Positions 26,170 through 34,350 of a DNA stretch of 34,350 nt are shown here, one piece after another (the stretch's first letter is position 1; every line of letters begins with the position of its first letter). The notes under the pieces were generated by a model. That model was not told where the DNA came from, ran no database searches, and saw only the letters and a program-made list of their open reading frames with translations. The stretch comes from a virus. Taxonomy: Duplodnaviria; Caudoviricetes. The DNA lies in the IMG/VR virus record IMGVR_UViG_3300032225_001080, positions 1-34,350 of that record; one strand, 5' to 3'. The position numbers and the translations under genes were made by a program.

Positions 26170-26510
26170 CCTGGCACCAGCGTGCCGCCTGTCGCGGCCT
26201 TGATCCCGACATGTTCTTCCCGGCGCGTGGCGACTTTGACGCCGTCGCCGCGGCGCTGGCCGTCTGCGCCCGCTGCACAGTCACCGAGCAGTGCCTTGAG
26301 GAGCACCTCGAGGACAAGGACGGCATCTACGGCGGCACGACGGCGCGCCAGCGTCGCCTCATCCGCTCCGAGCGCCCGGTCAACCGACGGTGCCTGCACT
26401 GCGACGGCTGGTTCAAGGCGTACTCAACGCAGGCGTTCTGCTCGGAGACATGCAAGGCCGAGCGCCACCGCCAGCAGAAGATGGCGAGCTACCGACGGGC
26501 GGCGCTGTGA
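26166..26510 (+). CDS. whiB: WhiB-family regulator with an extra C-terminal Cys4 domain
   Basis: W.QRAAC...DPDMFFP, C..C.V.EQC, GIYGGTT.RQR; then CLHC...FCSETC. Confidence 0.92.
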   Translation: MTWHQRAACRGLDPDMFFPARGDFDAVAAALAVCARCTVTEQCLEEHLEDKDGIYGGTTARQRRLIRSERPVNRRCLHCDGWFKAYSTQAFCSETCKAERHRQQKMASYRRAAL

Positions 26511-26986
26511 CCGGCGCAGCGTCTCGTCGTCGTGGCGCCAACGCCGAGCGCATGGTGGCCGAGTACCTGCGGGCGCATGGCTGGCCCGACGCCCGGCGCT
26601 ATCTGGCCGGTGACGGTCGCCAGCGCACGCTCGGTGACATCGACGCCGTGCCCGGCGTGGCGATCGAGGTCAAGGATCGCGCCCAGAGCGCCTGGACCGG
26701 TTGGCTCGAGGAGCTTGAGCGCGACAACCCACGCGTGACCGTCGTCGTGCGCCGGGTGCGTGGCACGACCGACGTCGGTCGCTGGCCGGCGGTCGTCGGC
26801 TCCGAGCGCCAGTGGCTCAACGAGCTCGATGGCGTGCCGGCGCTGGTGACGATTCCCAGCGTCAACTGCCACGCAGAGCACTGGATCACCAAGTACGGCC
26901 GCATCAAGTGGGTCGACGCCACCGGGCACGCCCGCATCGTCACGAACTTCGCCGACGTGGCGCGAGCGATGAGGCCGGACGCGTGA
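26507..26986 (+). CDS. Holliday junction resolvase-like PD-(D/E)XK nuclease
   Basis: SRRRGANAER.VA.YL...GW, GDI, IEVK. Confidence 0.82.
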   Translation: MTGAASRRRGANAERMVAEYLRAHGWPDARRYLAGDGRQRTLGDIDAVPGVAIEVKDRAQSAWTGWLEELERDNPRVTVVVRRVRGTTDVGRWPAVVGSERQWLNELDGVPALVTIPSVNCHAEHWITKYGRIKWVDATGHARIVTNFADVARAMRPDA

Positions 26987-27330
26987 GCTACTTCGAGCGC
27001 GAGGTCGACGATCGGCCGGCGACGCCCAGCGAGCTGCTGAACCTCATGGAGCTGCGGCCGTCGTGGTACCGGCGTGCGGCGTGTGTCGACGAGCGGGCGC
27101 TGATTCTCGCCATGACCCTCGGGTACGAGGACACCAACGACCTCATGGTGCCGCTGGGTCGCAAAGGCAAGTCGACGATCGCCGAAGTCGTCGCAGCGAA
27201 GTCGATTTGCGCCCGCTGCGAAGTCGTCGAGGCGTGCCTCGACCATGCCCTGATGCGCCACGAGTCGGGCATCTGGGGCGGGACGACAGACCGGGAACGG
27301 AAACGAATGAGAAGGGAAGGAAAGGCATGA
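26983..27330 (+). CDS. whiB: Second WhiB-family regulator
   Basis: W.RRAAC, AKSICARC.V...CL.HAL, GIWGGTTDRER. Confidence 0.9.
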   Translation: MSYFEREVDDRPATPSELLNLMELRPSWYRRAACVDERALILAMTLGYEDTNDLMVPLGRKGKSTIAEVVAAKSICARCEVVEACLDHALMRHESGIWGGTTDRERKRMRREGKA

Positions 27331-28850
27331 CTGAACTGCACATTGTGGGCGAACGCCCAGAACCGAGGCGCGACCGCTGGGGCCGCTACCTCGTCACGCC
27401 ACCCGACGGCGGCAAGCCGGTGGCGATGACCAGGGCGACCACCGTCGCCGGCGCCGTCGACGACACCGCTGGGCTGCAGAAGTGGATGAAGCGTCAGACG
27501 GCGCTCGGCATGGCGATGCGGCCGGACCTCGTCGCCGCGGTCGCCACCTGCGACCCCGACGACAAGCAGGCGCTCGGCCGTCTCGCCGAGCAGGCGATGG
27601 ACGCCGCAGGGTCCACCGCCGCGGCGACGATCGGCACTGCGCTGCACCGGGCGACCGAGCTCGCTGACCTCGGCCTCGATGTGCCGGAGATGTTTGCCGA
27701 GCGGGTTGCCGAGTACCGGGCGACGCTTGAGGCGCACGGCGTCGTTATTGATCGGGATCTCGTTGAGTGCGTGCTGGTGCTGTGGGAGCACGCCATCGCC
27801 GGGACGGCCGACCGGATCCCGACGATCGGCGACGAGCGATACGTGTTTGACCTCAAGACCGGCGAGTCGATTCACCCGCATGGCTTCGCCATCCAGCTCG
27901 CCATTTACGCCTCGGCGCAGAACGTCTACGACCCGCAGACCGAGATGCTGCACCCGATGCCCGAGGTCAATCAAGACCGGGCGATCATCTGCCACCTGCC
28001 CGCAAAGGGCGGCCCCTGCACGCTGCACTGGATCGACATCGCCGCCGGGCGCGAGGCGCTGCGCCACGCCCTGTGGGTGCGGGAGTGGCGCAGGCGCAAG
28101 GACCTGCTCAAAGCGTTCCCGGTTCCCGCTGTCACGAACGAAGAACGCCCGAGCGCCGACGTGCTTGCCGAAGCGTTCCCTGGCACCACCGTCGACGTCG
28201 AGGAGACCGAAGCACTGCTGGCACGCCGCCGGGCGACGGTGCTCGCTGCGTTGCCCGAGGTCGTCCCGGCGTTCTGGAAGGCGAACCTGCCCGGCGTCCG
28301 TGGCCCGAAGGCCGCTGACGAGTGGAGCGCCGACGACCTCGACCGCATTGAGAAGGTCTACGAGCTGCCATTCGACCCGCCGCCGCTGCCGGTGACCGAG
28401 CAGCCCGAGCCCATCGCCGACGTCGTCGAGCTGCGCCGCCGGCCGTCCGACGAGCTCGGCCCGGCCGTCGACGCCGAGAGCCTGCGCGAACTGCGTGAAC
28501 GTGCCCGGCGCCAGTCGTCTGGCGTCAAGGCGTGGATCAGCCTGTGGAACGAGGAAGCCGTCGACGAGGGCCACGCCTGGAAGATGGGCCGCGGCCAGCA
28601 CGTCAGCGAGTGGTCCTATGAGTGCAGCCGGGCCGGGCTGTACCTCGCGCGCATCGTTGAGAAGGCCGAGTCGCCCGAGACCGGCTTGGACCTGGTGCGG
28701 CGGCTGCTGGCGACGATCGTCGGCGAACTTGCCGTCGCCGATGGCGTCACTATCGGCGGTCTCGTCGCGGCGCTGTCCACCGAGGAGGCACGCCGATTGG
28801 CGGACTTGGCGACCGAGATGAACGCGAAGCAGATCAAGGCGGCGTCGTGA
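27327..28850 (+). CDS. RecB/Cas4-like PD-(D/E)XK exonuclease with a long C-terminal extension
   Basis: RDRWGRY, GTALH, AGTADRI, DLKTG, QLAIYA; ATG 27327. Confidence 0.85.
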   Translation: MTELHIVGERPEPRRDRWGRYLVTPPDGGKPVAMTRATTVAGAVDDTAGLQKWMKRQTALGMAMRPDLVAAVATCDPDDKQALGRLAEQAMDAAGSTAAATIGTALHRATELADLGLDVPEMFAERVAEYRATLEAHGVVIDRDLVECVLVLWEHAIAGTADRIPTIGDERYVFDLKTGESIHPHGFAIQLAIYASAQNVYDPQTEMLHPMPEVNQDRAIICHLPAKGGPCTLHWIDIAAGREALRHALWVREWRRRKDLLKAFPVPAVTNEERPSADVLAEAFPGTTVDVEETEALLARRRATVLAALPEVVPAFWKANLPGVRGPKAADEWSADDLDRIEKVYELPFDPPPLPVTEQPEPIADVVELRRRPSDELGPAVDAESLRELRERARRQSSGVKAWISLWNEEAVDEGHAWKMGRGQHVSEWSYECSRAGLYLARIVEKAESPETGLDLVRRLLATIVGELAVADGVTIGGLVAALSTEEARRLADLATEMNAKQIKAAS

Positions 28851-29137
28851 CCCCCGAACAGCGGGCCACGCTGCCCGACGACCTGCTCTCGGCTCGCCAC
28901 GCCATTGACTGCGGCGCCTACTGGAACACCGGCCTAATCGACCTTGCCGCCGAGCGCATCTGCGAGCTCGAGGAGGAGCTGCTCGCCGAGCGCAAGGCAG
29001 CGTCGACACTGCGTGGCGGCATCGTGCGCCACCGCGGTCGTCGGGACTTCATGGGCGGCAAGGAGCAGTGCGACCACGACCTGTGGAGTTTGGTCGACGA
29101 CGTGCCCTGGCATCGCAGCATCAAGGGCGACGGATGA
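28847..29137 (+). CDS. Hypothetical protein
   Basis: 96 aa, coupled; AAERI.ELE coiled coil. Confidence 0.6.
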   Translation: MTPEQRATLPDDLLSARHAIDCGAYWNTGLIDLAAERICELEEELLAERKAASTLRGGIVRHRGRRDFMGGKEQCDHDLWSLVDDVPWHRSIKGDG

Positions 29138-29337
29138 CGCCCTCGCCCTACTGGACGGCCTACGCCGACGCCTTGCCGGATCAGGGAACGGTGACGGTGC
29201 CCAACGGCGACATCAAGCGCCTTGTCGAGCAGCTCAACGCGCTTGGCGCCGAGAACGAGCGGCTGCGCCAGCAAGTCAGCGCCGCACAGACCGAAGCCCG
29301 GCGCCTCGAGCGGCAGCTCTGGCGCTCGGACCTCTAG
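29134..29337 (+). CDS. Hypothetical coiled-coil protein
   Basis: MTPSPYW...AENERLR; ATGA overlap. Confidence 0.6.
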   Translation: MTPSPYWTAYADALPDQGTVTVPNGDIKRLVEQLNALGAENERLRQQVSAAQTEARRLERQLWRSDL

Positions 29338-29396
29338 CCCGCCCGGCGATTGCCGGAACGGAAACCAACAACAGCCACCACACGGAGGGCAACAAC

Positions 29397-29774
29397 ATGA
29401 GCCAGTTCAACGACGACGACCTGTTCGAGGACATCGGGCAAGTCAGCGGCACGTTCGTCAAGTGGTCCGAGGTCGGCGACGCCGTCACCGGCACGATCGT
29501 CCGCTACGACAGCGAGGGCGGCACCGACTTCAACGGTGAGGTCTGCCCGCAGCTCGTCCTTGCCACCGACGACGGGAACGTCATCATCAACGGCGCTCAG
29601 GCCAACCTGCGCCGCAAGATGCTCGACGGCCAGTCGAAGCTCAAGGCCGGCCACCTGTGCCGGGTGACGTTCAGCGGCACCTACGAATCAGCGAAGGGCT
29701 CCGGCAAGGAGTTCCGCATTCAGGTGAGCCCCGAGCCCGTACTCGTCGACGCAGTGCCCGACGAAGACTTCTGA
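29397..29774 (+). CDS. Putative single-stranded DNA-binding (OB-fold) protein
   Basis: FVKW.EVGD.VTGTI, PQLVL, G....VTF.G, acidic DEDF tail; GGAGG SD; near the exonuclease. Confidence 0.65.
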   Translation: MSQFNDDDLFEDIGQVSGTFVKWSEVGDAVTGTIVRYDSEGGTDFNGEVCPQLVLATDDGNVIINGAQANLRRKMLDGQSKLKAGHLCRVTFSGTYESAKGSGKEFRIQVSPEPVLVDAVPDEDF

Positions 29775-29780
29775 GCGGTT

Positions 29781-29812
29781 GGCCCGCACGCAGGTGCAAC
29801 TGCGTGCGGGCC
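29781..29812 (+). terminator. 13-bp perfect hairpin with GTGCAA loop
   Basis: GGCCCGCACGCAG / CTGCGTGCGGGCC. Confidence 0.55.
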
Positions 29813-29861
29813 GCTGGCCGCCAACTCCCAACCCACGCGAATGAGATGAAAGGACAAACCA

Positions 29862-30947
29862 ATGACGGAGGGTAATGGCCTTGTGCCGATTGAGCACGGG
29901 CAAGTGACCAGGGTCGGATGGGTTCCACCGACCGCAGAAATGACTGCGGACCAATGGCTCGACATTGGCCAGCAGCTCGCAACTGTTGACCGCTCAATGC
30001 AGTGGATGATCGGAGACTGGTGGGCCTACGGCGCCGAGCGCAACTACGGCGACGGCGAGGCGCTCGCCAAGACAGTTGGCATCGACTACAAGACGCTGCG
30101 GACATATGCCGGAGTCAGTCGGTCATTTGAATTGTCCACGCGCGTGGACAATCTCAGCCACAGGCATCACATGGTGCTGGTGGGTCGAGAAGATCGCAGC
30201 AAGTGGTTAGGGGAGGCTGCGTCTAAGGGATTGTCTGTTAGGGACCTCACCGAGGCCGTCAAGGCTTACGACAAGGCCGAGCGCGACCGGCAGCGTGCGG
30301 CCCTAGTTGGCGGCACCGCCACGATGGTGCAGGGCGACAGCGTCGAGTGGCTGCGGTCGCTGGACGCAGAGTCGGCGGACCTGCTTTTGACAGACCCGCC
30401 TTACGCCACCGACGTCAACGACATCGCAGCGTTCGTATCATGGGTTGACGAGGCCATGCGCTGCGTCAGGCCCGATGGTCGAGCTGTCATCTTCCACGGT
30501 CGTTACCCGCAGGAGTTGCGCGCCTACCTTGACGCCGCAGACCGCACCGGATGGACCTACGAGTTCGGCGTCTGGCACTACGGCGACACGCTCGGCCCAA
30601 ACCCGACAGGGCGGCTCAAGACCAGTCATCAAATGGTGCTGGTACTTCACGGCCCTGAGTCTGGCGACCTTTACACCGACCAGCTCGTTGATAAGCAGAG
30701 TTGCTGGGTCAACGCCATGAATCAGGAGCAGGGCGGCCGACACTTCGCCTGGCAGAAACCGCAGGCACTTGCCGAGCGACTTGTTGCCACCATGTCGCCT
30801 GTCGGCGGCACCGTGATTGACCCGTTTGCTGGTTCCGGAACGTTTCTCGTTGCCGCCGCTGCGCTTGGCCGACACGCCATTGGCTGCGACATCGACGCCC
30901 AGCGCCTGCGTGACGCCTCCAAGCGCGGAATCGAGGTGACTCGATGA
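29862..30947 (+). CDS. LmbU-like DNA-binding domain fused to a beta-class N6A/N4C DNA methyltransferase
   Basis: N-terminus W.IGDW..YG...YG, GIDYKTLRTYA.VSR.F, LSHRHH, WL..A...LSVRDL; C-terminus LTDPPY, WQKP..L..RL, DPFAGSGT. Confidence 0.85.
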   Translation: MTEGNGLVPIEHGQVTRVGWVPPTAEMTADQWLDIGQQLATVDRSMQWMIGDWWAYGAERNYGDGEALAKTVGIDYKTLRTYAGVSRSFELSTRVDNLSHRHHMVLVGREDRSKWLGEAASKGLSVRDLTEAVKAYDKAERDRQRAALVGGTATMVQGDSVEWLRSLDAESADLLLTDPPYATDVNDIAAFVSWVDEAMRCVRPDGRAVIFHGRYPQELRAYLDAADRTGWTYEFGVWHYGDTLGPNPTGRLKTSHQMVLVLHGPESGDLYTDQLVDKQSCWVNAMNQEQGGRHFAWQKPQALAERLVATMSPVGGTVIDPFAGSGTFLVAAAALGRHAIGCDIDAQRLRDASKRGIEVTR

Positions 30948-31465
30948 ATTGGGAACATCAGATGGAGCGAGCCGATAGAACCTTCAATCGGCTTGTCATG
31001 CCGGTATTGCCTGAGATGTTCGGCGCTGCACCGATTGAGTGGAAGTCCTCTGAGGGTAAGACCAAACTGCAACAACTAATGGATCAGGAGCGAGGAATCG
31101 ACGGGTATCTGCGCATCGCCGGTACACCTGTTCCAGTATCAAAACGAGTGCAATGGAGCGGTAAAGATTGGGGAACGCTTACCATCCGATCAAGTTTGCT
31201 CAGCGGAAACAAAACGGAGATAGACAAGTTTGACCGTCTGGCTCCAGATCATCTGCACATACATGCTTACGTCGATGAGGATGACTCGAAACTGATCTCC
31301 GTTTACGCCGTGCGTTCCGCGTTGCTGCTTGACAACATCAGCGACTTCAGGGAAAACCCAGCTGACGGAAACAAGTTTGCCTATGTCTATTTCAAAGACG
31401 TCGCCGGTGTTGGTGCGTTCCAATGGCCCGATCGTCGCCCGCTCACCTTGTTTGATGCGTCGTAA
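30944..31465 (+). CDS. Hypothetical lower-GC protein, possible divergent PD-(D/E)XK nuclease
   Basis: ATGA-coupled to the methyltransferase; D..RGIDG, SKRVQ, TLTIR, TEIDK; many A/T third positions. Confidence 0.55.
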   Translation: MNWEHQMERADRTFNRLVMPVLPEMFGAAPIEWKSSEGKTKLQQLMDQERGIDGYLRIAGTPVPVSKRVQWSGKDWGTLTIRSSLLSGNKTEIDKFDRLAPDHLHIHAYVDEDDSKLISVYAVRSALLLDNISDFRENPADGNKFAYVYFKDVAGVGAFQWPDRRPLTLFDAS

Positions 31466-31467
31466 CC

Positions 31468-32931
31468 GTGACCGACGACGACTGGATAGCGCAGTTTGAC
31501 GCGCTGCCCGTCGGCCCGGCGCCGGAGCTCTCCGACGCCGAAACCGTCGAGCAGATCGCCCAGCGCCTCGTCGCCGAAGGCCGGGCCGAGGTGCGCCGCA
31601 TCCGCGACGACACCGACCCGGCGACCAACGCCGAGCTCGAGCGCCGCATCCGTCGCGCCATCGCCGAGGCTGGTGGCGACCCTGATCGGTGGACCGAGTG
31701 GGACCCCTGGGCGCCGGGCGAAGGACCGGTGGACCCGGACCGGCATCCACTCGCCGACTACCTGATCGAGTGGTCCGAGTTCTGGGACGCTGACCTTGAC
31801 GAGCAGGAGTGGCTGCTCGAGCCGCTGTTCGCCCAGCGTCGGGCGCACGCCCTGTACGCCGGCGCCAAGTCAGGCAAGAGCTACGTCGTGCTCGCTGCCT
31901 GCGCTGCCCTGGCGACTGGGCGACCGTTCCTTGACAAGCCCGCAGGCGAACCGGTCGACGTCCTCTACTGCGATTTCGAGATGACGCTTGAGGACCTGCG
32001 AGACCGGCTCACCGAGTTCGGCTACGGGCCCGACGATGACCTGAGTCATCTGCACTACGCCCTGCTGCCGTCGTTGCCGCCGCTTGATACCGAGGCCGGT
32101 GGCATCGCCCTGCGTGACGCCGCCGTCGCCGTCGACGCCAAGCTCGTCGTCATCGACACCACCAGTCGTGTCATCGAAGGCGACGAGAACGACGCCGACA
32201 CCATGCGGGCCTTCTACCGCTACACCGGGCTGCTGCTCAAGCAGGCGCTGATCGCCTGGGTGCGTCTCGACCACAGCGGCAAGGACGCAGCGAAAGGGCA
32301 GCGCGGCAGCTCGGCGAAGAACGACGACGTCGACGTGGTGATCCGCCTCGAGCGGACCGAGGCCGGCGTGAAGCTCACCGCCACGCACCGGCGCATGAGC
32401 TGGTTCCCTGAGGTGACGTCGGTGACCATCGCCGAGGAGCAGGGCACCGTCACCTTCCTCATGCCGCTCGCGGCCACCGGCGGCGGCTGGCCGGCCGGGA
32501 CGAAGGACGTGGCCGACAACCTTGAGCGCCTCGGCGCGCCGCTCGACATCTCCCAGCGTGCCGCCGTCGCGCTGCTGCAGGAACATGGCTGCGGAGCTGG
32601 TCGCGAGAAGGTCAAGGCGGCACTGAAACACCGCCGCCAACGTGCCGAAGCGGCTGTGGAAAACCTTGACCAAAGCGCGTCCGCGACGCGCGGACGCGCG
32701 GTTGAGCCCGAGCGCGTCCGAGAATCTGGGACGCGCGTGGAACGCGGTCGGGACGAACCGGAGAATCCCGCGCCATTACTGGGTTCTGCCGCGTCCGGCG
32801 ATTTGGGACGCGCTCGGACGCACCTTGACGCTGACCGCGCTCGGACGCGTGCGTCTCACGTAGTGGACGCACCGGCCGGTCCCGGGCGCGCGCAGTCCAC
32901 AGGAGACGACGACGAGGACATCTTCGGATGA
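31468..32931 (+). CDS. RepA/AAA_25-type (SF4-like) replicative helicase
   Basis: EWLLEP, Walker A AGAKSGKS, VLYCDFEM, Walker B VVIDT, DHSGK...RGSSA..DDVD. Confidence 0.88.
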   Translation: MTDDDWIAQFDALPVGPAPELSDAETVEQIAQRLVAEGRAEVRRIRDDTDPATNAELERRIRRAIAEAGGDPDRWTEWDPWAPGEGPVDPDRHPLADYLIEWSEFWDADLDEQEWLLEPLFAQRRAHALYAGAKSGKSYVVLAACAALATGRPFLDKPAGEPVDVLYCDFEMTLEDLRDRLTEFGYGPDDDLSHLHYALLPSLPPLDTEAGGIALRDAAVAVDAKLVVIDTTSRVIEGDENDADTMRAFYRYTGLLLKQALIAWVRLDHSGKDAAKGQRGSSAKNDDVDVVIRLERTEAGVKLTATHRRMSWFPEVTSVTIAEEQGTVTFLMPLAATGGGWPAGTKDVADNLERLGAPLDISQRAAVALLQEHGCGAGREKVKAALKHRRQRAEAAVENLDQSASATRGRAVEPERVRESGTRVERGRDEPENPAPLLGSAASGDLGRARTHLDADRARTRASHVVDAPAGPGRAQSTGDDDEDIFG

Positions 32932-33140
32932 GCCTCGGCGACCTCAACGAAATCGACGTGGCGGTGCTTGAGACCGTCGTCGCGCTGCTCTGCAAAACGG
33001 CCGATCGTCTCGTGCTCGCCCACCGAGTGCTCGGCGTCAGCTTCGACGCCGAGCCCATCCGACTGATTGACACCGCCATGAGCCTCGTCGACCTCGCCCA
33101 CGAGATCGAACAAGCACTACCCAACCAGGAGGACCAATGA
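32928..33140 (+). CDS. Hypothetical protein
   Basis: 70 aa, coupled at both ends. Confidence 0.55.
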   Translation: MSLGDLNEIDVAVLETVVALLCKTADRLVLAHRVLGVSFDAEPIRLIDTAMSLVDLAHEIEQALPNQEDQ

Positions 33141-33679
33141 CCAAGCACAACGTCGTCGACCTCGGACGTCGGCGCGAGCACCGCTACGCCCGGCGCACCG
33201 CCGAGGACGCGCTGGTGCGCATCTACCAGACGACACGCCGGGCGCTCGAGGCGAATCTGCTGGGCTCGGCGTTCAGTTCGGCGAACGACGTCGCCGCTGA
33301 CGGCATGCCGTCGGGTGGCAGCGACGGACCGTCGGGCAGCGGCGACCACGGCGACCCGGTGCTCGGCGCCGTCATGGCGAACGAGCTGGTGCGACGCACG
33401 GTGCTCGGCGCGGTCGCCGACCTTGAGCGTGCCGAGTCCCTCGTCGCCGGCGCCCTGCGTGCGCTCGGCAACGTCGCCGCCCAAAGCGTGCCGCCCGCCG
33501 AGGCCGACCCACCCGGCGCCGGACACTGCCAGCGTTGCGGCCGATGGGTCTCGGGCTCAGAGGGCGACCGCATCCGCTCGGGCATGTGCGAGGCTGACTA
33601 CCGGGCGTGGAAACGTGCGGGCAGCCCTGACCGGGTGGCGTGGTGCCGCACGTCAGACGACGACCAGCCGTCGGCGTGA
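33137..33679 (+). CDS. Hypothetical protein with a C-terminal Cys motif (possible late regulator)
   Basis: AGGAGG SD; HGDP, CQRC...C..DY..W.R; last early gene. Function is inference. Confidence 0.6.
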   Translation: MTKHNVVDLGRRREHRYARRTAEDALVRIYQTTRRALEANLLGSAFSSANDVAADGMPSGGSDGPSGSGDHGDPVLGAVMANELVRRTVLGAVADLERAESLVAGALRALGNVAAQSVPPAEADPPGAGHCQRCGRWVSGSEGDRIRSGMCEADYRAWKRAGSPDRVAWCRTSDDDQPSA

Positions 33680-33682
33680 GCG

Positions 33683-33715
33683 TGTCCCCACCTTGTCCCC
33701 AGCAGGTGCTACGCT
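33683..33715 (+). promoter_or_regulatory. Candidate late promoter
   Basis: TGTCCCCA direct repeat (33683, 33694) followed by extended -10 TGcTACGCT (33707-33715). Confidence 0.5.
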
Positions 33716-33767
33716 CTGTGGCAGAGGTCGAGGCGTATGCCCCGGCCACTGTCGCGTCTGGGGGCAG

Positions 33768-34016
33768 ATGATGCCGAAGCGACTGCGCCCTGCCTTGGTC
33801 CGCTGGGTCGACGCCTGTGACGCAGCGCCGGAGTGGACGCCGACCGACAAGGTCGCAGCCTCGAGGCCTGTCGCTTGCCAGTCCGTCGGCTTCCTGCTTA
33901 CCGAGGACGACGAGCGGCTGGTGCTGACCACGTCGGTCAGCGACGACGGCGACGCTGCCAGCGGCATCGTGATCCCGACAAGCTGCGTGACCGAGGTGCT
34001 GTACCTCGATGCCTAG
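33768..34016 (+). CDS. Hypothetical phage protein
   Basis: V.W.DA....W, C.SVGFL..D, IP..CV pattern typical of a small phage family. Confidence 0.7.
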   Translation: MMPKRLRPALVRWVDACDAAPEWTPTDKVAASRPVACQSVGFLLTEDDERLVLTTSVSDDGDAASGIVIPTSCVTEVLYLDA

Positions 34017-34269
34017 CCGTCCCGACGTCGCTGCATTGCGCAAGAGCTGGGGCTACCGCAAGGCTCGGGCCCAACTGCTGTCACGCTCGACGGTCTGTTG
34101 GATCTGCGGGCGCGAGGGTGCGGACACTGCGGACCACGTGGTGCCGCTCATCGACGGTGGACATCCCACTTCGCTGCTCAACATGAGGCCGGCGCACAAG
34201 CGGTGCAACAGTCGACGCGGCGCCAACCGAGCGACCTCGAGCACGGTGCAGACCTCAAGGTCATGGTGA
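34009..34269 (+). CDS. HNH endonuclease (packaging-associated position)
   Basis: CWICG, ADHVVP..DGG, N.RPAHKRCNSRRG; sits upstream of terS if the genome is circularised. Confidence 0.92.
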   Translation: MPSRPDVAALRKSWGYRKARAQLLSRSTVCWICGREGADTADHVVPLIDGGHPTSLLNMRPAHKRCNSRRGANRATSSTVQTSRSW

Positions 34270-34350
34270 CCTCGTCGCCCACTCGCTGACGGCCCTGCAA
34301 AGCCTTGCAGAACGATGCAAGCGTTTCTGGTTCTGGGCGTCCACCATGAC

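Noticed and set aside
27327-28850. Cas4-like nuclease as part of a CRISPR-Cas system
   Set aside because: No array or other cas genes; ordinary phage recombination exonuclease context.
26988-29009. 673-aa minus-strand ORF and many other long antisense or off-frame ORFs
   Set aside because: Shadow ORFs expected at high GC; Arg/Gly-rich with no motifs, and they overlap well-supported coupled + strand genes.

Overview
This window is a near-complete genome of a high-GC, HK97-type siphovirus-like actinobacterial phage; two WhiB genes indicate the host group. The late arm runs terS-terL-portal-protease-capsid-head/tail-tape measure-minor tails-fibre-lysis on +. It is followed by a short leftward block with a tyrosine recombinase, a ~550 bp control region, an early/replication arm on +, and a terminal HNH gene. 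The most unusual feature is a prohead protease fused in frame to an N-terminal Dps (mini-ferritin) domain whose ferroxidase ligands are at canonical spacing. Other notable features: two glycosyltransferases and a GT-C-like membrane protein inside the virion operon; a hairpin/pseudoknot-like element with triple repeats after the capsid gene; a -1 frameshift in the tail chaperone; a lox/dif-like site near the recombinase with no recognisable repressor; an LmbU-like/DNA-methyltransferase fusion with a perfect 22-bp palindrome in its own coding sequence; and an iteron-like cluster with a DnaA box in the helicase gene. The first ~100 bp are a low-GC IlvD/Edd dehydratase fragment, probably a chimeric junction. 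All family calls come from motif recognition by eye; no database searches were run.
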